Shown: positions 16,730-32,794, counted from the first letter of the stretch. The stretch: DNA of 64,000 nt from Eledone cirrhosa (GCA_964016885.1 OZ024759.1:31310001-31374000), one strand, 5' to 3'. Translations and numbers: made by a program. Notes: generated by a model not told the origin, from the sequence alone.

Positions 16730-17252
16730 CATCTATATTAAAACTATATATATATACATACATACCTTTTCAGCTAGACACGATCGATCACTGCCTTCTA
16801 AAACAAGATCAATGTATACAAGAACGCCAGCATCAACAGTCCTCCAAGCGATGTTGATGTAAATAGGCTTTTTTTTTTCTCAAAGAAACATTTTTCGTTT
16901 CTGCCACTGCGCAGTCTCCTGAATCTTTCTATTTCTTCTTTAAGTTTTCAATTTTTTTATTCTATTTACTGATGAAGTACTAGCCTCCGAAACGTTAAGA
17001 CTCTTCTCCTACTATATCAAGCGTAAAACTAATAATATATTTCTTTATTGCACTGCGTCGTTTGCTTACTTATTTCTGGTTCCCTTTTGTATATATATAT
17101 ATATATAAATATATATATATAAGATATATGGCAAAATACCAGGTGGACCATAACGTACTAGAGTAGTCAATATATACTATATATACACTCTATACTCTAT
17201 ATATACACTCTATACTCTATATATACACTCTATACTCTATATATACTATATA

Positions 17253-17445
17253 TGATGTGGTCCAAGGGAAAGGCAATGTCCGATACAGCTCAGCACTAGA
17301 GACGTAGCAACTCATTTCAACAGCTGTGTGAACTGGAGCAACGTGAAATAAAGTGTCTTGCTCGAGAACACAACGCAAAGCCGGGTCCGAGATTCGAACT
17401 CACAACCTCACCATTGTCAGTCTGACGATCTAACCACCACCACCA
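17253..17445 (-). mobile_element. tRNA-derived SINE family 2 (V/Meta-like central domain)
   Basis: revcomp gtggttag..gagttcgaatc..gttgtgttctcgagcaagacactttatttcacgttgctccagttcac; relatives at ~37995-38180, ~39855-40050 and 53645-53710. Confidence 0.7.
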
Positions 17446-17739
17446 CTGAGGCTTCCTAGTGTAACGGCTAGAGAAGACTAATCGATAAATTCAATAATTT
17501 CGAAGTCTCAGATATTGATTTCCAGCAGAAATCTCAAGCGTTTCCTTATTATTATTGCTGACCATTTATCGATATACCACAGCAATCACCTTAACACTTA
17601 TCGATTTCGTTCAACTGTTGTTATTTTTTGTTTATTTACTATTTGTATCGAACGTGGATTGAATTTTTACTTCCTCCGAAATATTGCATGGAGTGACGCG
17701 GCTAAATGTATTTTTCACAACGTTAGTAAGACGTAAATC

Positions 17740-17823
<84 letters not shown>

Positions 17824-17884
17824 TATATATATATAAGTATATATTTATATAGCTATATGCATATATATAAACATATATACACAT

Positions 17885-17935
<51 letters not shown>

Positions 17936-18155
17936 CATATATATATATATATATGCATATACATATATATACATATATATTTATACATATATATATATAT
18001 CTATATATATATATATACATGTACATATATACATATACACATATATATATACATATATACATATATACATATATATACATATATACATATATATACATAT
18101 ATACATACATTTACATATACATATATATACATATATACATACATATACAAATATC

Positions 18156-18186
<31 letters not shown>

Positions 18187-18209
18187 ATATATAGACATAT
18201 ATATATATA

Positions 18210-18254
<45 letters not shown>

Positions 18255-18321
18255 GAAAAAGATGCAATCGAAAATGCAACTGGAGTCTTTTTTTTTTTAA
18301 ATATATATATTTATTTGGTTC

Positions 18322-18357
18322 CTTTACCGTTTTCGCAGTTCTTCTGCTTTTCAAAAG
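18322..18357 (-). ncRNA. Hammerhead with U3-A8 core UUGAAAA (family F); copies at ~27221-27257 (-) and ~27306-27341 (+)
   Basis: revcomp ctt-TTGAAAA-gcag aagaa ctgc-GAAA-(a/c)cgg-TA-aag; palindromic stem III ACCGGT in the 27 kb copies; stem I only ~3 bp. Confidence 0.6.
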
Positions 18358-18523
18358 TAGAGTTGAGATGGAGGGTCTGTGGTTTTTCTCAGATCTGGTT
18401 GGTCTTTGAATGTTACTTGTTTTATATGGAAAAGGGTGGCTGGAAATGCCAGGCTTTTAGAGAAAGTAATTTGATTGGTTGGTGAATAAATATAATAAAG
18501 TACAATAATATATATATATATGT

Positions 18524-18630
<107 letters not shown>

Positions 18631-18763
18631 ATAAAAAAATCAGAAAACAGTTATCGACAGATTATCTATTAAGACGAGGGTATCAAAGTTCAAACCATCA
18701 TTCCATCTTATCGTAGATTAAAGGCCACAGGAATATCGGAGAATTAAGGTCTATATATAAAAA

Positions 18764-18838
<75 letters not shown>

Positions 18839-18904
18839 CATACATCCGGGCGTCTCGGCAGCTAGTTCTGAACTAAGCCATATATATATATATATATATA
18901 TATA

Positions 18905-18966
<62 letters not shown>

Positions 18967-19209
18967 CTCTATGCGTGCATGTATGTCCTTACGTAAAAAT
19001 CATATATATATATATATATATGTGTGTGTGTATGTATGTATGTGTATATATGTATATATGAAAACGATAAGCGTATTGTTGGTTTTTCTGGAAACTGGGA
19101 TTCGAAGCTTTTCGTCAATATTTTTTCATTTTCTTCTTTGCATGTTTTTTATGTTTTCCAAAATGTTTCCTTTATATCATTATAACTTAATGTACATTTT
19201 CTCATTGTA

Positions 19210-19261
<52 letters not shown>

Positions 19262-19475
19262 CATATGTATATGTATGTATATATATACATATACATATAT
19301 ATATATATATGTGCGTGTGTGTGTGTGTGTATGTCTATATATATATGTGTGTGTGTGTGTATTTTTTCTTTACAGAAGATAAGACACGATCGGCCATTCA
19401 TAAGGTAAGCTTAAAATCAATTGAAGCACGATCGATACAGCTTTCTAAATACATAAATATATATATATATTATAT

Positions 19476-19608
<133 letters not shown>

Positions 19609-19651
19609 TCATTATTGAAAGCAGAGAGGGTATATTTAGAAAGAAATATAT

Positions 19652-19733
<82 letters not shown>

Positions 19734-19996
19734 AAAGGTGGATTCGTACTAACATTTCCTTTGTTTTTTCCTTCAACGCACATTTCGTTGCTCTTTCATC
19801 CTATAATTGGGTATTCTGTTAATACATAGAACGGATGTAAACCTTTTTTTAGCAATATAGGAATTCCTTTTGCTCTGCTTTGCTTTTGCTTTTGTCAGTA
19901 AAGACAAGACTATCTTTTCTATATTTCGACAATCGTAAAATTGTAGCCGTCAAATATATAACTACACTTGGATATGCCATGCTATATATACCATAT

Positions 19997-20243
<247 letters not shown>

Positions 20244-20377
20244 AGTATATATCCCTACACGCAAAAAGCGTCCAGGGCCACATGTATTGTCCAACCATAT
20301 GCCAATGTGGTTCAATGGCGAGTACAGTGAATTTTTTGATATTTATTTTGAAACTTTTTCTTATTTGCTAAACGTTG

Positions 20378-20473
<96 letters not shown>

Positions 20474-20608
20474 AACGAGTAGGACCCCGACGGCTGAGCT
20501 CAGGCCGTTTCGACAGCTAATTCTGGACTAAAATTAGCCGTCGAAACGGCTTGAGCTCAGCCGTCGGGGTCCTACTCGTTCCTATAAATATATATATATA
20601 TATTTCGT

Positions 20609-20660
<52 letters not shown>

Positions 20661-20874
20661 TATATATACCATGGGCTCTTCACTGTTAATGGTGTTGTAG
20701 GAACGCCGTTATGGTATCATTTGTTGGAGCCCGAATCTATCTGTCCAGATCAGAACACAACAGAGAGGTAGAGCCAAACAGACAGACAGACTGATAGAGT
20801 GAGAGGAATTCATTGGTCGTAGGGATGTGTGGGCATGTAAGTCTTTCGACAATCGAAAAAGTGTAGTCCTTAAA

Positions 20875-21260
20875 TACTGACCAAGAGACTCACTCAGATT
20901 GTGGACGGGTTCTACACGAGAATGCTGAGGATGGCTCTGAACATTAATCAGTATACACTGAGGGTGAATAACTGAGAGCTGTACGGGAGTCTCCCGAAGG
21001 TCAGCTCAAATGTAACACAGAGGAGACTGAGGTTAGCTGGACATGCTCACCGACATCCAGAGTTGACACTGCACTCAGTGGTCCTGTGGGAGCAGCCTAC
21101 ACGGACACACTAGAATAGGGAAATCAAGGTCGTCATATGTTGATGCCCTAAGGTCAGACACTGGTCTCTGGGAGACGCCGGACATGGCGGCGATGATGAA
21201 GGACAGAGACTGCTGGAGAGAACTCGTCCATGGATCTCGGGAATTTAACCCTAGATAGAT
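20875..21260 (+). mobile_element. RTE-clade LINE 3' fragment (same family as 5744, decayed)
   Basis: LTKRLTQIVDGFYTRMLRMALNINQY..RRLRLAGHAHRHPEL with a stop and a frameshift; (TAGA)n tail. Confidence 0.85.
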
Positions 21261-21295
21261 GCATAAATAGATAGATACAATCTCACCCTAGATAG

Positions 21296-21367
<72 letters not shown>

Positions 21368-21403
21368 ATTAATAAAGTGAAAATATCTTTATAAAACCAT
21401 ATT

Positions 21404-21463
21404 TATTTAATTATACGTATTTCAAGGGTACTAATATTTAAGTACGCTTTTGTCAGATAAAAT
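21404..21463 (-). ncRNA. Decayed hammerhead (family A; core CUGACAA)
   Basis: revcomp tattttat-CTGACAA-aagcgtact..agtaccctt-GAAA-tacgta-TA; G8A is consistent with CpG decay. Confidence 0.6.
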
Positions 21464-21634
21464 ACAATATTTGGTATAAAGATAGTGACATATCTTCATG
21501 TGAACTTAATGGTATAAGTCCAGTGACGATATTAATATTATTAATATCAACGATACTCCTGATAAACTGTAGAGTGCTTCTAATTTGTTATAAAATTAAC
21601 TTTGTTGAATAATCAACAAACCATATAATTCATT

Positions 21635-21700
<66 letters not shown>

Positions 21701-22648
21701 CCGAAATAAATTTAATTAAATGATGTGTAAATACAGATAGTTATTTCTTCCCCCTTGCTGAACATCCATAATTTGACTACTGTGACTTTACGGATTATTG
21801 GTGAAATATATTTCTTTAATGAAATATATACAAGGAGGATTAATCATTTTTTAAAAGGTAATATTTGAAGCTCTAGTTAAACTTTAATTAGTTACCTACT
21901 TAGCTATGTGTGATTACACACTTTACAAATTATCCCCAGTGATTGTTTCATGTGTTTATTTTTTAAAAAATATATATATATGTCAATCAATTTCCAGTTG
22001 ATATATATATGTATATATAGGAATTGATCGACAAGATAGATCCCAGGCTTCATTCGTTGATCCAATGAGGTAAAATAAGTCAAATCGGACCAGGCAAACA
22101 ATGTTTCCAGTGGTGTTTCCATTGCCAAAAGCATCTACCGGTTGCAACACCTGTCAAAGTTAAACAACATAACAATCACAAAGTTATAACTAAAGTCCAC
22201 TTACCTTAATATGTATCATGTATTACTGTTATTATTTTTAAAACAGTTATTTTACTGAAGAAAATATTTTATTTGGGGAAGAGCATTTCTGAAAGTGGAA
22301 AAAAATGTATTACATTAATATAATTATATATATATATACACATATGAATATATACATACACATGCAGACACACATATACACACTGACGAACAGATCGATA
22401 ATGGAGTCGGGTCTATAATTTCTATCGGTGACTCTGAGTCAATCCTCTGCGAAACACGTGTAACAGGTCGACACACAATAAAAATCTAAATACATGTAAA
22501 CTAAACTTAATCGTTTTCTTAATATATATATATATATATATATATATAAAGAGAGAGAGGGGGGAGAGAGGGGGAGAGGGAGAGAGAGAGAGAGAGACAG
22601 AGAGAGAAGAGAGAAGGGGGAGATATATATATCATTTATGTAAGGCTC

Positions 22649-22685
<37 letters not shown>

Positions 22686-23298
22686 CGTGCGTGGGTGTGT
22701 GGGTGTACACATAAATACACAGATATATATAATAGTCTTATTAGTTTATAACTGGTAAAATCCTGATATATATACATATATACACATATATATATACACA
22801 CATGATGTGCGGAATAAATAAACGAGGTGTTTTCTCTTCTCGTTCGAACCCGATTAAGATAAATAAGTTAACACTTTCTAAATCAGTAACTCTTGTCTAG
22901 AAAATAATATATATACATATATATATGTGTGTGTGTGTGTGTGGGTGTGTGTGTGTACACCCAGTTGAACATTTAATCATGGTGGAAAGATTTAATCATC
23001 GCTTCACTAAATAACTGTACAGTGTGTACAGTGTTTAGTAGCTGAACTAACGTAAGGATTTGATTACATATATGTCTTAGATTTATAGCCTGTGAATTGG
23101 TTAAGAGATGTTAGAATGTCGTACAGAATGACTTGTGTTATTTGTCACGGATTTCTTCGACCTGGGTTCAAATTCAACTAAGGTAAACTTTCCTTCTTCC
23201 AACTTACGTGATTGATAAATGTAATAGCATCTAGATGTTGTAATTGATTTTCTTCCCTCTATATCTCTTTCTCACCACATATATACACACAAACACAC

Positions 23299-23345
<47 letters not shown>

Positions 23346-23537
23346 GTATAGGCTTATCCAAGATGTAGTAATGGTTAATTACTACACTGGATATGGTTGA
23401 CGTACGGTAAGAGGTTACTCTACGAGTTATGGAAGAATTGTTGAAGAAACTTAGTTCCTGATCCTTCAGTATTCCGGAGTGTATATAAAGAATGAATAAT
23501 AACAGGGAGACATCATAAAAAGGTAATTTATTCCGTG

Positions 23538-23649
23538 TGCTTACAAGTGTTTCCACGGTGGTACTGCAGCCTAGTTATGCTACGTGCAAATTCACAAGTA
23601 CTTGCAGAACTCAAATATCCAATGCTGTGACCACTGTTTCCTCAGAGCA
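23538..23649 (-). ncRNA. Type I hammerhead with ~90-nt stem II domain (family I), in fold-back cassette ~23485-23785
   Basis: revcomp tgct-CTGAGGA-aacagtggt...accaccgtg-GAAA-cacttg-TA-agca. Confidence 0.7.
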
Positions 23650-23782
23650 GAAGGATATTTGAGTTCTGCAAGTACTTGTGAATTTGCACGTAGCATAACT
23701 AGGCTGCAGTACCACCGTGGAAACACTTGTAAGCACACGGAATAAATTACCTTTTTATGATGTCTCCCTGTTATTATTCATT

Positions 23783-23845
<63 letters not shown>

Positions 23846-23984
23846 AAGGTTAAACAAGGTTCAATGAATAAATCAAAGAATGAGTTTCACAATAGATTGG
23901 AAGCACTCAACAGGAATTTGTTTTCCGGAGTTATTAATATTATTTCAAAATATTAACAAAAATAGACATTCGTGTGATCAAGTG

Positions 23985-24051
23985 TATTTTATTATACATA
24001 TTTCAGAGGTACTGAGCTATCTTCAATAGTACGTCCTCATCAGATAAAATA
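23985..24051 (-). ncRNA. Type I hammerhead ribozyme (family A-related); second copy at ~57432-57496 (-)
   Basis: revcomp tattttat-CTGATGA-ggacgtact...agtacctct-GAAA-tatgta-TA-ataaaata. Confidence 0.8.
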
Positions 24052-24158
24052 AGATGATGCATGACATACCCTGACTTAGTAGATGGTTAAGATTCAGTCT
24101 TGGTAGTCATGACTGAATCTTAACCATCTACTAAGTCAGGGTATGTCATGCATCATCT

Positions 24159-24234
<76 letters not shown>

Positions 24235-24612
24235 CTGATGATTTTTCATAAATGAAACAGTTCTAGTCCTGTAGAAACCATTTCTATATTAAATATTTAT
24301 ACTCTGCTATGTATTGAGTACTTTATTTACTGTAGTTACCCCCGATTGAACTCGGGGTAAACTTTTCTATATATATATATATATATATACATATTAAAAT
24401 AACAGACTAAAGTTTAATCAAAGAATCGGTGCTTACACCCTTAACGGGTAGGCTATACAAAGAAGATCCCGTTAAGGGTGAAAGCAGCGATTCTTGGCTT
24501 AAACTTTAATCTGTTATTTTAATAAATATTTGCTCTAGGGTTCTTATATATTTGATATATATTTATCCTTATCGAGCACTCTTTGGATTTTAGTCTTCAC
24601 ATTTATTATTAT

Positions 24613-24689
<77 letters not shown>

Positions 24690-24794
24690 TAGATAATTTC
24701 TATTTATTGACACTAGGGCACAAAAGAAGGGGACAAATACAAGGGAGAGGGGGGGGGGGCTACACAAAAGAACGAGTAAAAAAACAAATAACAA

Positions 24795-24888
<94 letters not shown>

Positions 24889-25119
24889 GGATCGATAGGT
24901 CTAGAAGTTAGTTCCACAAGAGTTAATTAACCATTATCAAGGACACCTCTTTCACCTTGCAGATCTTCACACTCGACTGAATGGTTTGTAGCCGAAAAAC
25001 GATAGGCTATACAAGGAACGTCGCTCATGCGCAAACTCACTGACAAGAATGGGGGCCTCAAGCGCAGAAGTGCTATAAAGTTAGTTTATATAAAATATAA
25101 TGATAATATTATAATGGTT

Positions 25120-25614
25120 TCTTATATAGGTACAAGGCCAGTTATTTTAGGGGGAGGGGAAAGTCGATTAAATCGACCCCAGGACGTGACTGGTACTTTA
25201 TTTTATCGACCCCGTAACGATGAAAGACAAAGGTGACCACGGCAGGATTTAAACTCAGACCGTAAACGGCCGTAGCTTTGTGCCACAAAGCAGATTGACC
25301 GACGCTCTACCTATTACTGCCAATCCACCGCCCTTACCGCCCTAAATAATTGTTTCTAATTTTGGCACAAGGCCAGCAATTATCCCAGTGCATTACTGGT
25401 ACTTTATTTTATCGATGAAAGGCAAAGTTAACCTCGGCGGGATTCGAACTCAGGCCGTAAAGGGCCGTAACTCTATGCTGCAAAGCATGGCGCCAGACCC
25501 TCTACCGATACTGCCAATCCACCGCCATTATAATGGTTATATATAATTGTTTCTACTTTAGGCACAAGGCCAGCAAATACCCAGTGCATTACTGGTACTT
25601 TATTTTATCGACCC
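25120..25614 (-). mobile_element. Cluster of three SINE family 1 copies
   Basis: Repeated ggcacaaggcc..ggtactttattttatcgacccc..ggcgggattcgaactc. Confidence 0.8.
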
Positions 25615-26142
25615 CATATATAATGACGATTTTTAAAATAGGGAAAAAGCAGTTGCCATATACGACTTAGAAATATTGGTGAGATAATTAGGAAGCAAGT
25701 GTATTGTAATTCAATATTGTAATATCCTTCATCAGTTGTAGTGGCTTGACAATACATAAATATCATATAAGTTATTTAACTGCTTAGCACACTTCCAAAT
25801 GCCAACAATCTCTGATCTCACAGAATAAAATAGAAACATATATATGATATATGTATATATATATATATATATTTACATATATATATGTGTGTGTGTGTGA
25901 ATGAGAGAGAGGGATAGTGTGTGTGTGTGTGTATGTATATGTATATATAAATATGTATATAAATATACACGTACATAAATATATATGCACATATAATATA
26001 TATATATATATATATATACGTATGTATATATACATATGTATATATACATATGTATATATATATATGTTCATATATATATATATAAATGTGTATATATATA
26101 TATATATATATGTCTGTGTGTATATATATATATATAAATGTG

Positions 26143-26223
<81 letters not shown>

Positions 26224-26224
26224 G

Positions 26225-26292
<68 letters not shown>

Positions 26293-27111
26293 TGTGTGTG
26301 TATATATATATATGCATATTATCTGACTTTACAGTTTATTTCAGCTAAATTTTAGATAACAACTTCATCACATTTTGTAAACATTATCTTCAAAATGTCA
26401 ATTTTTTTTTATTTGTTCTTTCTATCTAAAACCGTGTTTAATATTCCATGAAAGATGAAAACATGTATGTCATGAAATATTAATTGACATATAATATTGT
26501 TTTACATTGTATATCACAGATGTAAATTACATTTATAGTTTCCACATAACTAGTGTTGTACACTGTAGAAAAACAGTTAAAATTGTAAGACTAAAATTAT
26601 GAAAATATGTAAGTACACACACAAACATCAGCCGTCGGGGTCCTACTTGTTCCTATTACCCACCCTACTACCCTAAGTATTGAGTACTTTGGTGCGTTAT
26701 GGTCCACCTGGTTCCTTACCATATTTCCTTCGTTATGTATATATGTATATATATGTCTATCTATGTATGTATGTATGTATCTGTCTATATGTATATATAT
26801 ATATATATTAGTAAAAGGACAACTCGTGTGTTACACCTCTATTCTTTTAAATATATATATATATATATGTGTCTCTCTATGTGTGTGAGTGCTACAGATA
26901 TATGGTAAGGAGATGAGATGGGGTTGGAGAACCATTTATTGAGCCTAGGTTTCATATTTCACCAACTAGCAGACCACGTATCGATACCGAACCTATAACT
27001 AAATACTAAATCAATATAAACTTCAATCATCATGTACACCCTTACATAATTTATAACTGGTTAACATATGGTACATTATGTACTTCACCAACGTTCACAT
27101 ATACACAATCA

Positions 27112-27160
<49 letters not shown>

Positions 27161-27467
27161 AAAAAAGATGAAATCGAAAATGCAACTGGAGTCTTTTTTT
27201 TTAAATATATTTATTTGGTTCCTTACCGGTTTCGCAGTTCTTGTGCTTTTCAAAAGTAGAATTGAGATGGCGGGTAAAAACCACAAACCCTCCTTCTCAA
27301 TTCTACTTTTGAAAAGCACTAGAACTGTGAAACCGGTAAAGGAACCAAATAGATATATTTTTTTAAAGAAAGACTCCAGTTGCATTTTCGATTTCCTTAT
27401 ACTTTCACTCGTGTAGGACATCACGTTTTTTTTCATGTAAAAAAATCTCACTTTCTAATATATATAC

Positions 27468-28151
27468 ACATGACTCTGAGCACGTCTTTGGATGAGACAG
27501 CGAGCCACCTGTTGTTCTGGGAGTTGATCTTCTGGTCTTGGCATAAGTTTTTCTCGTCGGAGAAAAATCACAGCATGTCTGGCTCCAGTGGGTGTTTCAA
27601 CTTGTTGATCAGCTTCTTTGCGTGCTTCAGTCGCTTTTCTTGCATCGCCTTTGACAGAAATTGTCCTTTCCTCATCTTGTATGAAACGTATCGAATGTCT
27701 TCATGTACCACCAGCCTAATAAGCTTTTCATCCACGCCTTTCTCCCTTGCAATGGCACGCATCGACTTGCTAGGTTCATTGTTGATGATATCCTGAACGT
27801 CAGCGACGAACTCGGGCGTTCTGAAGGCGACCATGTGTTTTCCTCTCTGATGTTGCTTCGTAGTCGAATCCTGAATCTTCCAATTCCTTTCTGACCTTTT
27901 CCACCATTCTCCTGCTGACGCTGAGAAAGTCTGAAATTTCCTTATTTGTCCTCCCGGCGCGGATTCCAAGAAGAACTCCGTGTCTCTTCCACAAATTTGG
28001 AGGTTCAAAATTATTCATAATCAATTATTCTGAAAATAAATAATGGAAATATAGTCACTGTTTTTATGAAGACAAGAGTGACAACGGAAGTTAAAAAAAT
28101 GTGCATAAAATTAGCAGTTGAAAATTGCGAACAAATATCGTCCACACCCTG
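27468..28151 (-). pseudogene. Truncated Tc1/mariner (DD37D/maT-like) transposon: left TIR plus N-terminal half of the transposase
   Basis: Starts TA|CAGGGTGTGG; frameshifted ORFs give an HTH region ..RTPEFVADVQDIINNEPSKSMRAIARE.. and FFSDEKNLCQDQKINSQNNRWLA (first catalytic D); in-frame stop. Confidence 0.85.
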
Positions 28152-28194
<43 letters not shown>

Positions 28195-28235
28195 CGATGT
28201 ATGTACGTTGTATATAGGAATGTATTTGGCTATTC

Positions 28236-28293
<58 letters not shown>

Positions 28294-29090
28294 ATATATA
28301 TGTGTGGATGTTTGGGGGGAGGTGTAGAAACAGACAAATCGGGCGCCTAGGCCTCCAGTGAGGAAAATGTATTGATTCTTATCTACACGTCTGATGTGTA
28401 GATAAATACCAGAGTCAGATCGACTGTATTGATTAAACCTCGAGTTAATCATCTGCGAAACACGTGTCACATTTAATTATGAACAAAAACAACAGTAAAT
28501 CTCCCTTGCCCAAGATGAAAATCTCTATGATCGAACCCCGAACCTCTTGAATGCTATGTAACTTTCTTAACCATTCACTAATACTCCGCCCTCAATGTAA
28601 TTTAGGATTTGTTTAATAAAGATAAACTCCAAGCTCTGAGTAAGAAACAAACTATAAATAGTGGGGTGGGGGGTATATATCAATAGACTATAAATTCGAT
28701 TAAAACTTTATTGGTTGCAGAAACCAATAACAACATCCTCAAGCATGAATAAATTTCACATTTGATACTGACTCCAAAGAAAGATCGATTTGTCTATGAG
28801 TAATGTGAGGAGGTTTCAATAATATTTGATACTGCTATATGTGAATTAATGACCAGAAGGAAAGAAGGCAGGATTTGTATTTAATGTGAGGAGTATCTCT
28901 TGAATATATCATACACATTTAATGGACATCTATGTGTAGATAGATCCCTCGGTTTTCTAAGCATGGCATACAATTTTAAGCGACATGTATAAGACGCTTT
29001 TAAATTTTGGTAGGTTTCTTTTTGTGCAGCAGGATATTTTTGCATAAAATACGCATGAAGAGTTATGCAAATTGTCTGTGTAATCACTAT

Positions 29091-29163
<73 letters not shown>

Positions 29164-29181
29164 AACAACACAATATAATTA

Positions 29182-29252
29182 TTCCATTACCCAAGGTTTC
29201 CCGAAGTCAGATGATTCTAACAGAGGTGTCTGAAGCCGTTCATCAGATAGAA
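29182..29252 (-). ncRNA. Type I hammerhead ribozyme (family M) in fold-back cassette 29158-29410
   Basis: revcomp ttctat-CTGATGA-acggcttcaga...tctgacttcgg-GAAA-ccttggg-TA-atggaa; stem III ACC/GGT, GUA triplet. Confidence 0.8.
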
Positions 29253-29448
29253 ATGAACGGCTTCAGACACCTCTGTTAGAATCGTCTGACTTCGTGAAAC
29301 CTTGCGTAATGGAATAATTATATTGTGTTGTTTATTACATAGGTAAATAGCTCTGTACTTTACATAGCCCTCTCTTCTTTCCTTTACCTTTTCCACGGAA
29401 ATACTTAACATAAATATATATATATGTATATATATAGAGAGAGAGATG

Positions 29449-29519
29449 TATTTTATTATGCGCATTTCAAAAACAAATATCATCATGCAATAATATTTGC
29501 GTTTTCGTCAGATAAAATA
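29449..29519 (-). ncRNA. Type I hammerhead ribozyme (family A-related)
   Basis: revcomp tattttat-CTGACGA-aaacgcaaatat...atatttgttttt-GAAA-tgcgca-TA-ataaaata: perfect 8-bp stem I, palindromic stem III ATGCGCAT. Confidence 0.85.
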
Positions 29520-31047
29520 GGGAGACATGATATGAAGGTTAAAACACACTTGTGAATAGTGCAGTTTTAAATCAACATCTTATATATTATTATATATATA
29601 TATATATATATGATAACAAAACAATTATCTTAGTTCGGTGTTTTAAAGAAAAAAATAGACTCAACCATACTAGAACGGTAATATATCACCTGTATTGTAT
29701 TTAGATTTCTTCGTGTTCATATTTCTTTAGATTGTGTAACTTAAAACAATTCAAACTGGTATATTTATAATAATATCATAGAATTAAATGCTGCTTTCGT
29801 TCCCATCTACATAATTATAGCACATGTGGTCTTGTGTGCTATATAATCCAATTGAGCTGTCACTTATCGTAGTTTATAATACAAAAAGAAAATTACATAT
29901 ATCTGGAATGTGTTAAGAAACGTAATCTCTTGTAAGATATCTATAAAAACAATAAGTTTCTTTCATAACTAAAAAAAGTAAAATGGTAAAAATTGAATAT
30001 GAATTATTAGGGTTATGATATGATATCTTATTACTAGTTGTTTTAGTTTTTTTTAACTTGTGTTTTTTTTTTGTTTTTTTTTTGTGTGTGTGTGTGTGTT
30101 TTTATTTGTTTGTGGTTTGGGAGTTTCCATAATTTATATTCTCGTAACAAACAGTTCCATAATAAACGAAAGGTATTTGAAGAACTTCATGATGGCCCGG
30201 GAGAAAAAGGTGAAAAAACAGGAACCCAAACACAAAAAGATTAAGATAAAAAAACAGAAGAAGAAGAAGGCAAAGAAGAAGAAGGCAAAGAAGGTGAAGA
30301 AGAAGAAACAGCTACTTTACAAGCAAGCTCAAGTGGATGTTCCCATGTAACATTGCAGTTAATGAATAATTCATGTATTTTACTATCAAGTGAAAGGTAA
30401 TTTCTGACTTCCACATGAACTACATATATCAAGTAACTCTATCATTTAAGGAGTTGCCAGTTTTTTATGTTCATACTTTATTTACTCATAATGTTTTTAT
30501 TCCTGTAATTTGTCCGTCAGATTTTGGATCTGAAAATTGATATATATATTATATTATAATAACATACGATATGAGCGTGTATGTAAAGTGTATTGGACTA
30601 TATATATATATATATGTATATGAAGTGTATATATATATATATATATATATATATGCAGATACATACATGCATGCATACAAACATACATCCAAACAAACAC
30701 ATATACGCATACATACAAATACACATACACACACACATATATATATATATATGTGTATGTATGTATATATATATATGATATATGTATGTATATATATATA
30801 TACATCGCGTTCCATAGTATGTCGAGCATATCAAAAGCAAAAACAAAATACAATACCATTTGATTACTTGTTAAAATAATTGTTACATAATGACTTTAAT
30901 GTCTTAGAAATGTGCATAACGGGATGATGTAATACACTGAAGAAGTATACGTGATACCGTATCTCATCTTTTGTTATATTATTTATATATATATATGCAT
31001 ATATCGTTTTGATTGTGTTGGTTCTCTAACATCTACGTACAATCCGG

Positions 31048-31161
<114 letters not shown>

Positions 31162-31204
31162 TTTTTATTTATGTATAATACATTTCCAAAAGTAAACGTA
31201 AGAT

Positions 31205-31780
31205 TCAATAAGTGGGCTTTGAATAACAGCCCCTGGAATTTATAGAGAACTTTACGGAGGGAACCAAGCTGTATTTGGGTGTTGAATAACAATCCCAGGA
31301 CGTTAAAGAGAACTTTACAGAGGAAACCAAGCTCTATTTGGGTGTTGAATAACAATCTCTGGACGTTAGAGAGAACTTTACAGAGGAAACCAAGCTCTAT
31401 TTGGGTGTTGAAGAACAATCTCTGGACGTTAGAGAGAACTTTATAGAGGAAACCAATCTGTATTTGGGTGTTGAATAACATTCCCTGGACGTTAAAGAGA
31501 ACTTTACAGAGGAAACCAAGCTGTATTTGGGTGTTGAATAACAATCTCTGGACGTTAGAGAGAACTTTACAGAGGAAACCAAGCTGTATTTGGGTGTTGA
31601 ATAACATTCCCTGGACGTTAGAGAGAACTTTATAGAGGAAACCAAGCTGTATTTGGGTGTTGAATAACAATCTCTGGACGTTAGAGAGAACTTTACAGAG
31701 GAAAACAAGCTGTATTTGGGTGTTGAATAACATTCCCTGGGCGTTAAAGATAATTTTACGGAGGAAGCCAAGCTGTATTT
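31205..31780. repeat. 63-bp minisatellite, ~9 copies
   Basis: gaaaccaagctgtatttgggtgttgaataac..ggacgttagagagaactttacagag at a 63-bp period. Confidence 0.9.
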
Positions 31781-32289
31781 ATATTTGTACTTGTAAACAC
31801 CACTTGTAAATATCTATTTACAGCAAAATATTAATTTATTTATAGATCTCAAAACTGTTTTGCGATGTGAGTATGAAATATGACCTAACATTAGCCAGGC
31901 CATATGTAGGACCGGTCGAAACTGTATTTGCTAGACCGAAACCCAAGCTATTGAAATTTACACATATCTATATCTATGTATATCTATATTTATAAACAAA
32001 CAGCTACATTCATAGTTGTTACAGTAACTCCATTGAACAGTTGGTGTGTTGAAATATTTCCACCTAGCCACCACCAGTTAGCAGGCAGGCAGGCTTGGAA
32101 TGTATCGATTACTAAAGTATATCTGATTAATGCGATACGTGATAAATTAAATCGAATTATCTGAAGTGATTGCATAATTGAATAAACGAATAAATGTAAC
32201 AATAAAATCCTTCATTTTATTAGCCACGATAACTAACGTTTTTAGGTTCTTCAAATAGTAAAATTGAACTCGAACATAAAAACAGAAGT

Positions 32290-32361
<72 letters not shown>

Positions 32362-32419
32362 CGTGTTATTAGGATTATAGAAATGACATTTATAGGGCGG
32401 CGTGTGTGTTTATATATAT

Positions 32420-32454
<35 letters not shown>

Positions 32455-32690
32455 AATCAAAATGGAAACTGGTTAGACCATTACTCAACAGAGTACTCAA
32501 TACTTAGGGTAGTAGAGTATGGTTATATTATAAAGAGTTGAGATCCCCCAGACAGGCTGTTGAATCGCAAGAGCTCAGCCGTCGGGATCCTGACTCTTTA
32601 TAACATATACATATATACATATAATGCTTTATTTATTTATTTTTTATTTATTTATACATATATATATAATAGAAATGAATTATACAGGGC

Positions 32691-32794
<104 letters not shown>

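Noticed and set aside
31205-31780. CRISPR-like regular repeat
   Set aside because: No unique spacers, a head-to-tail tandem repeat, and a eukaryotic context
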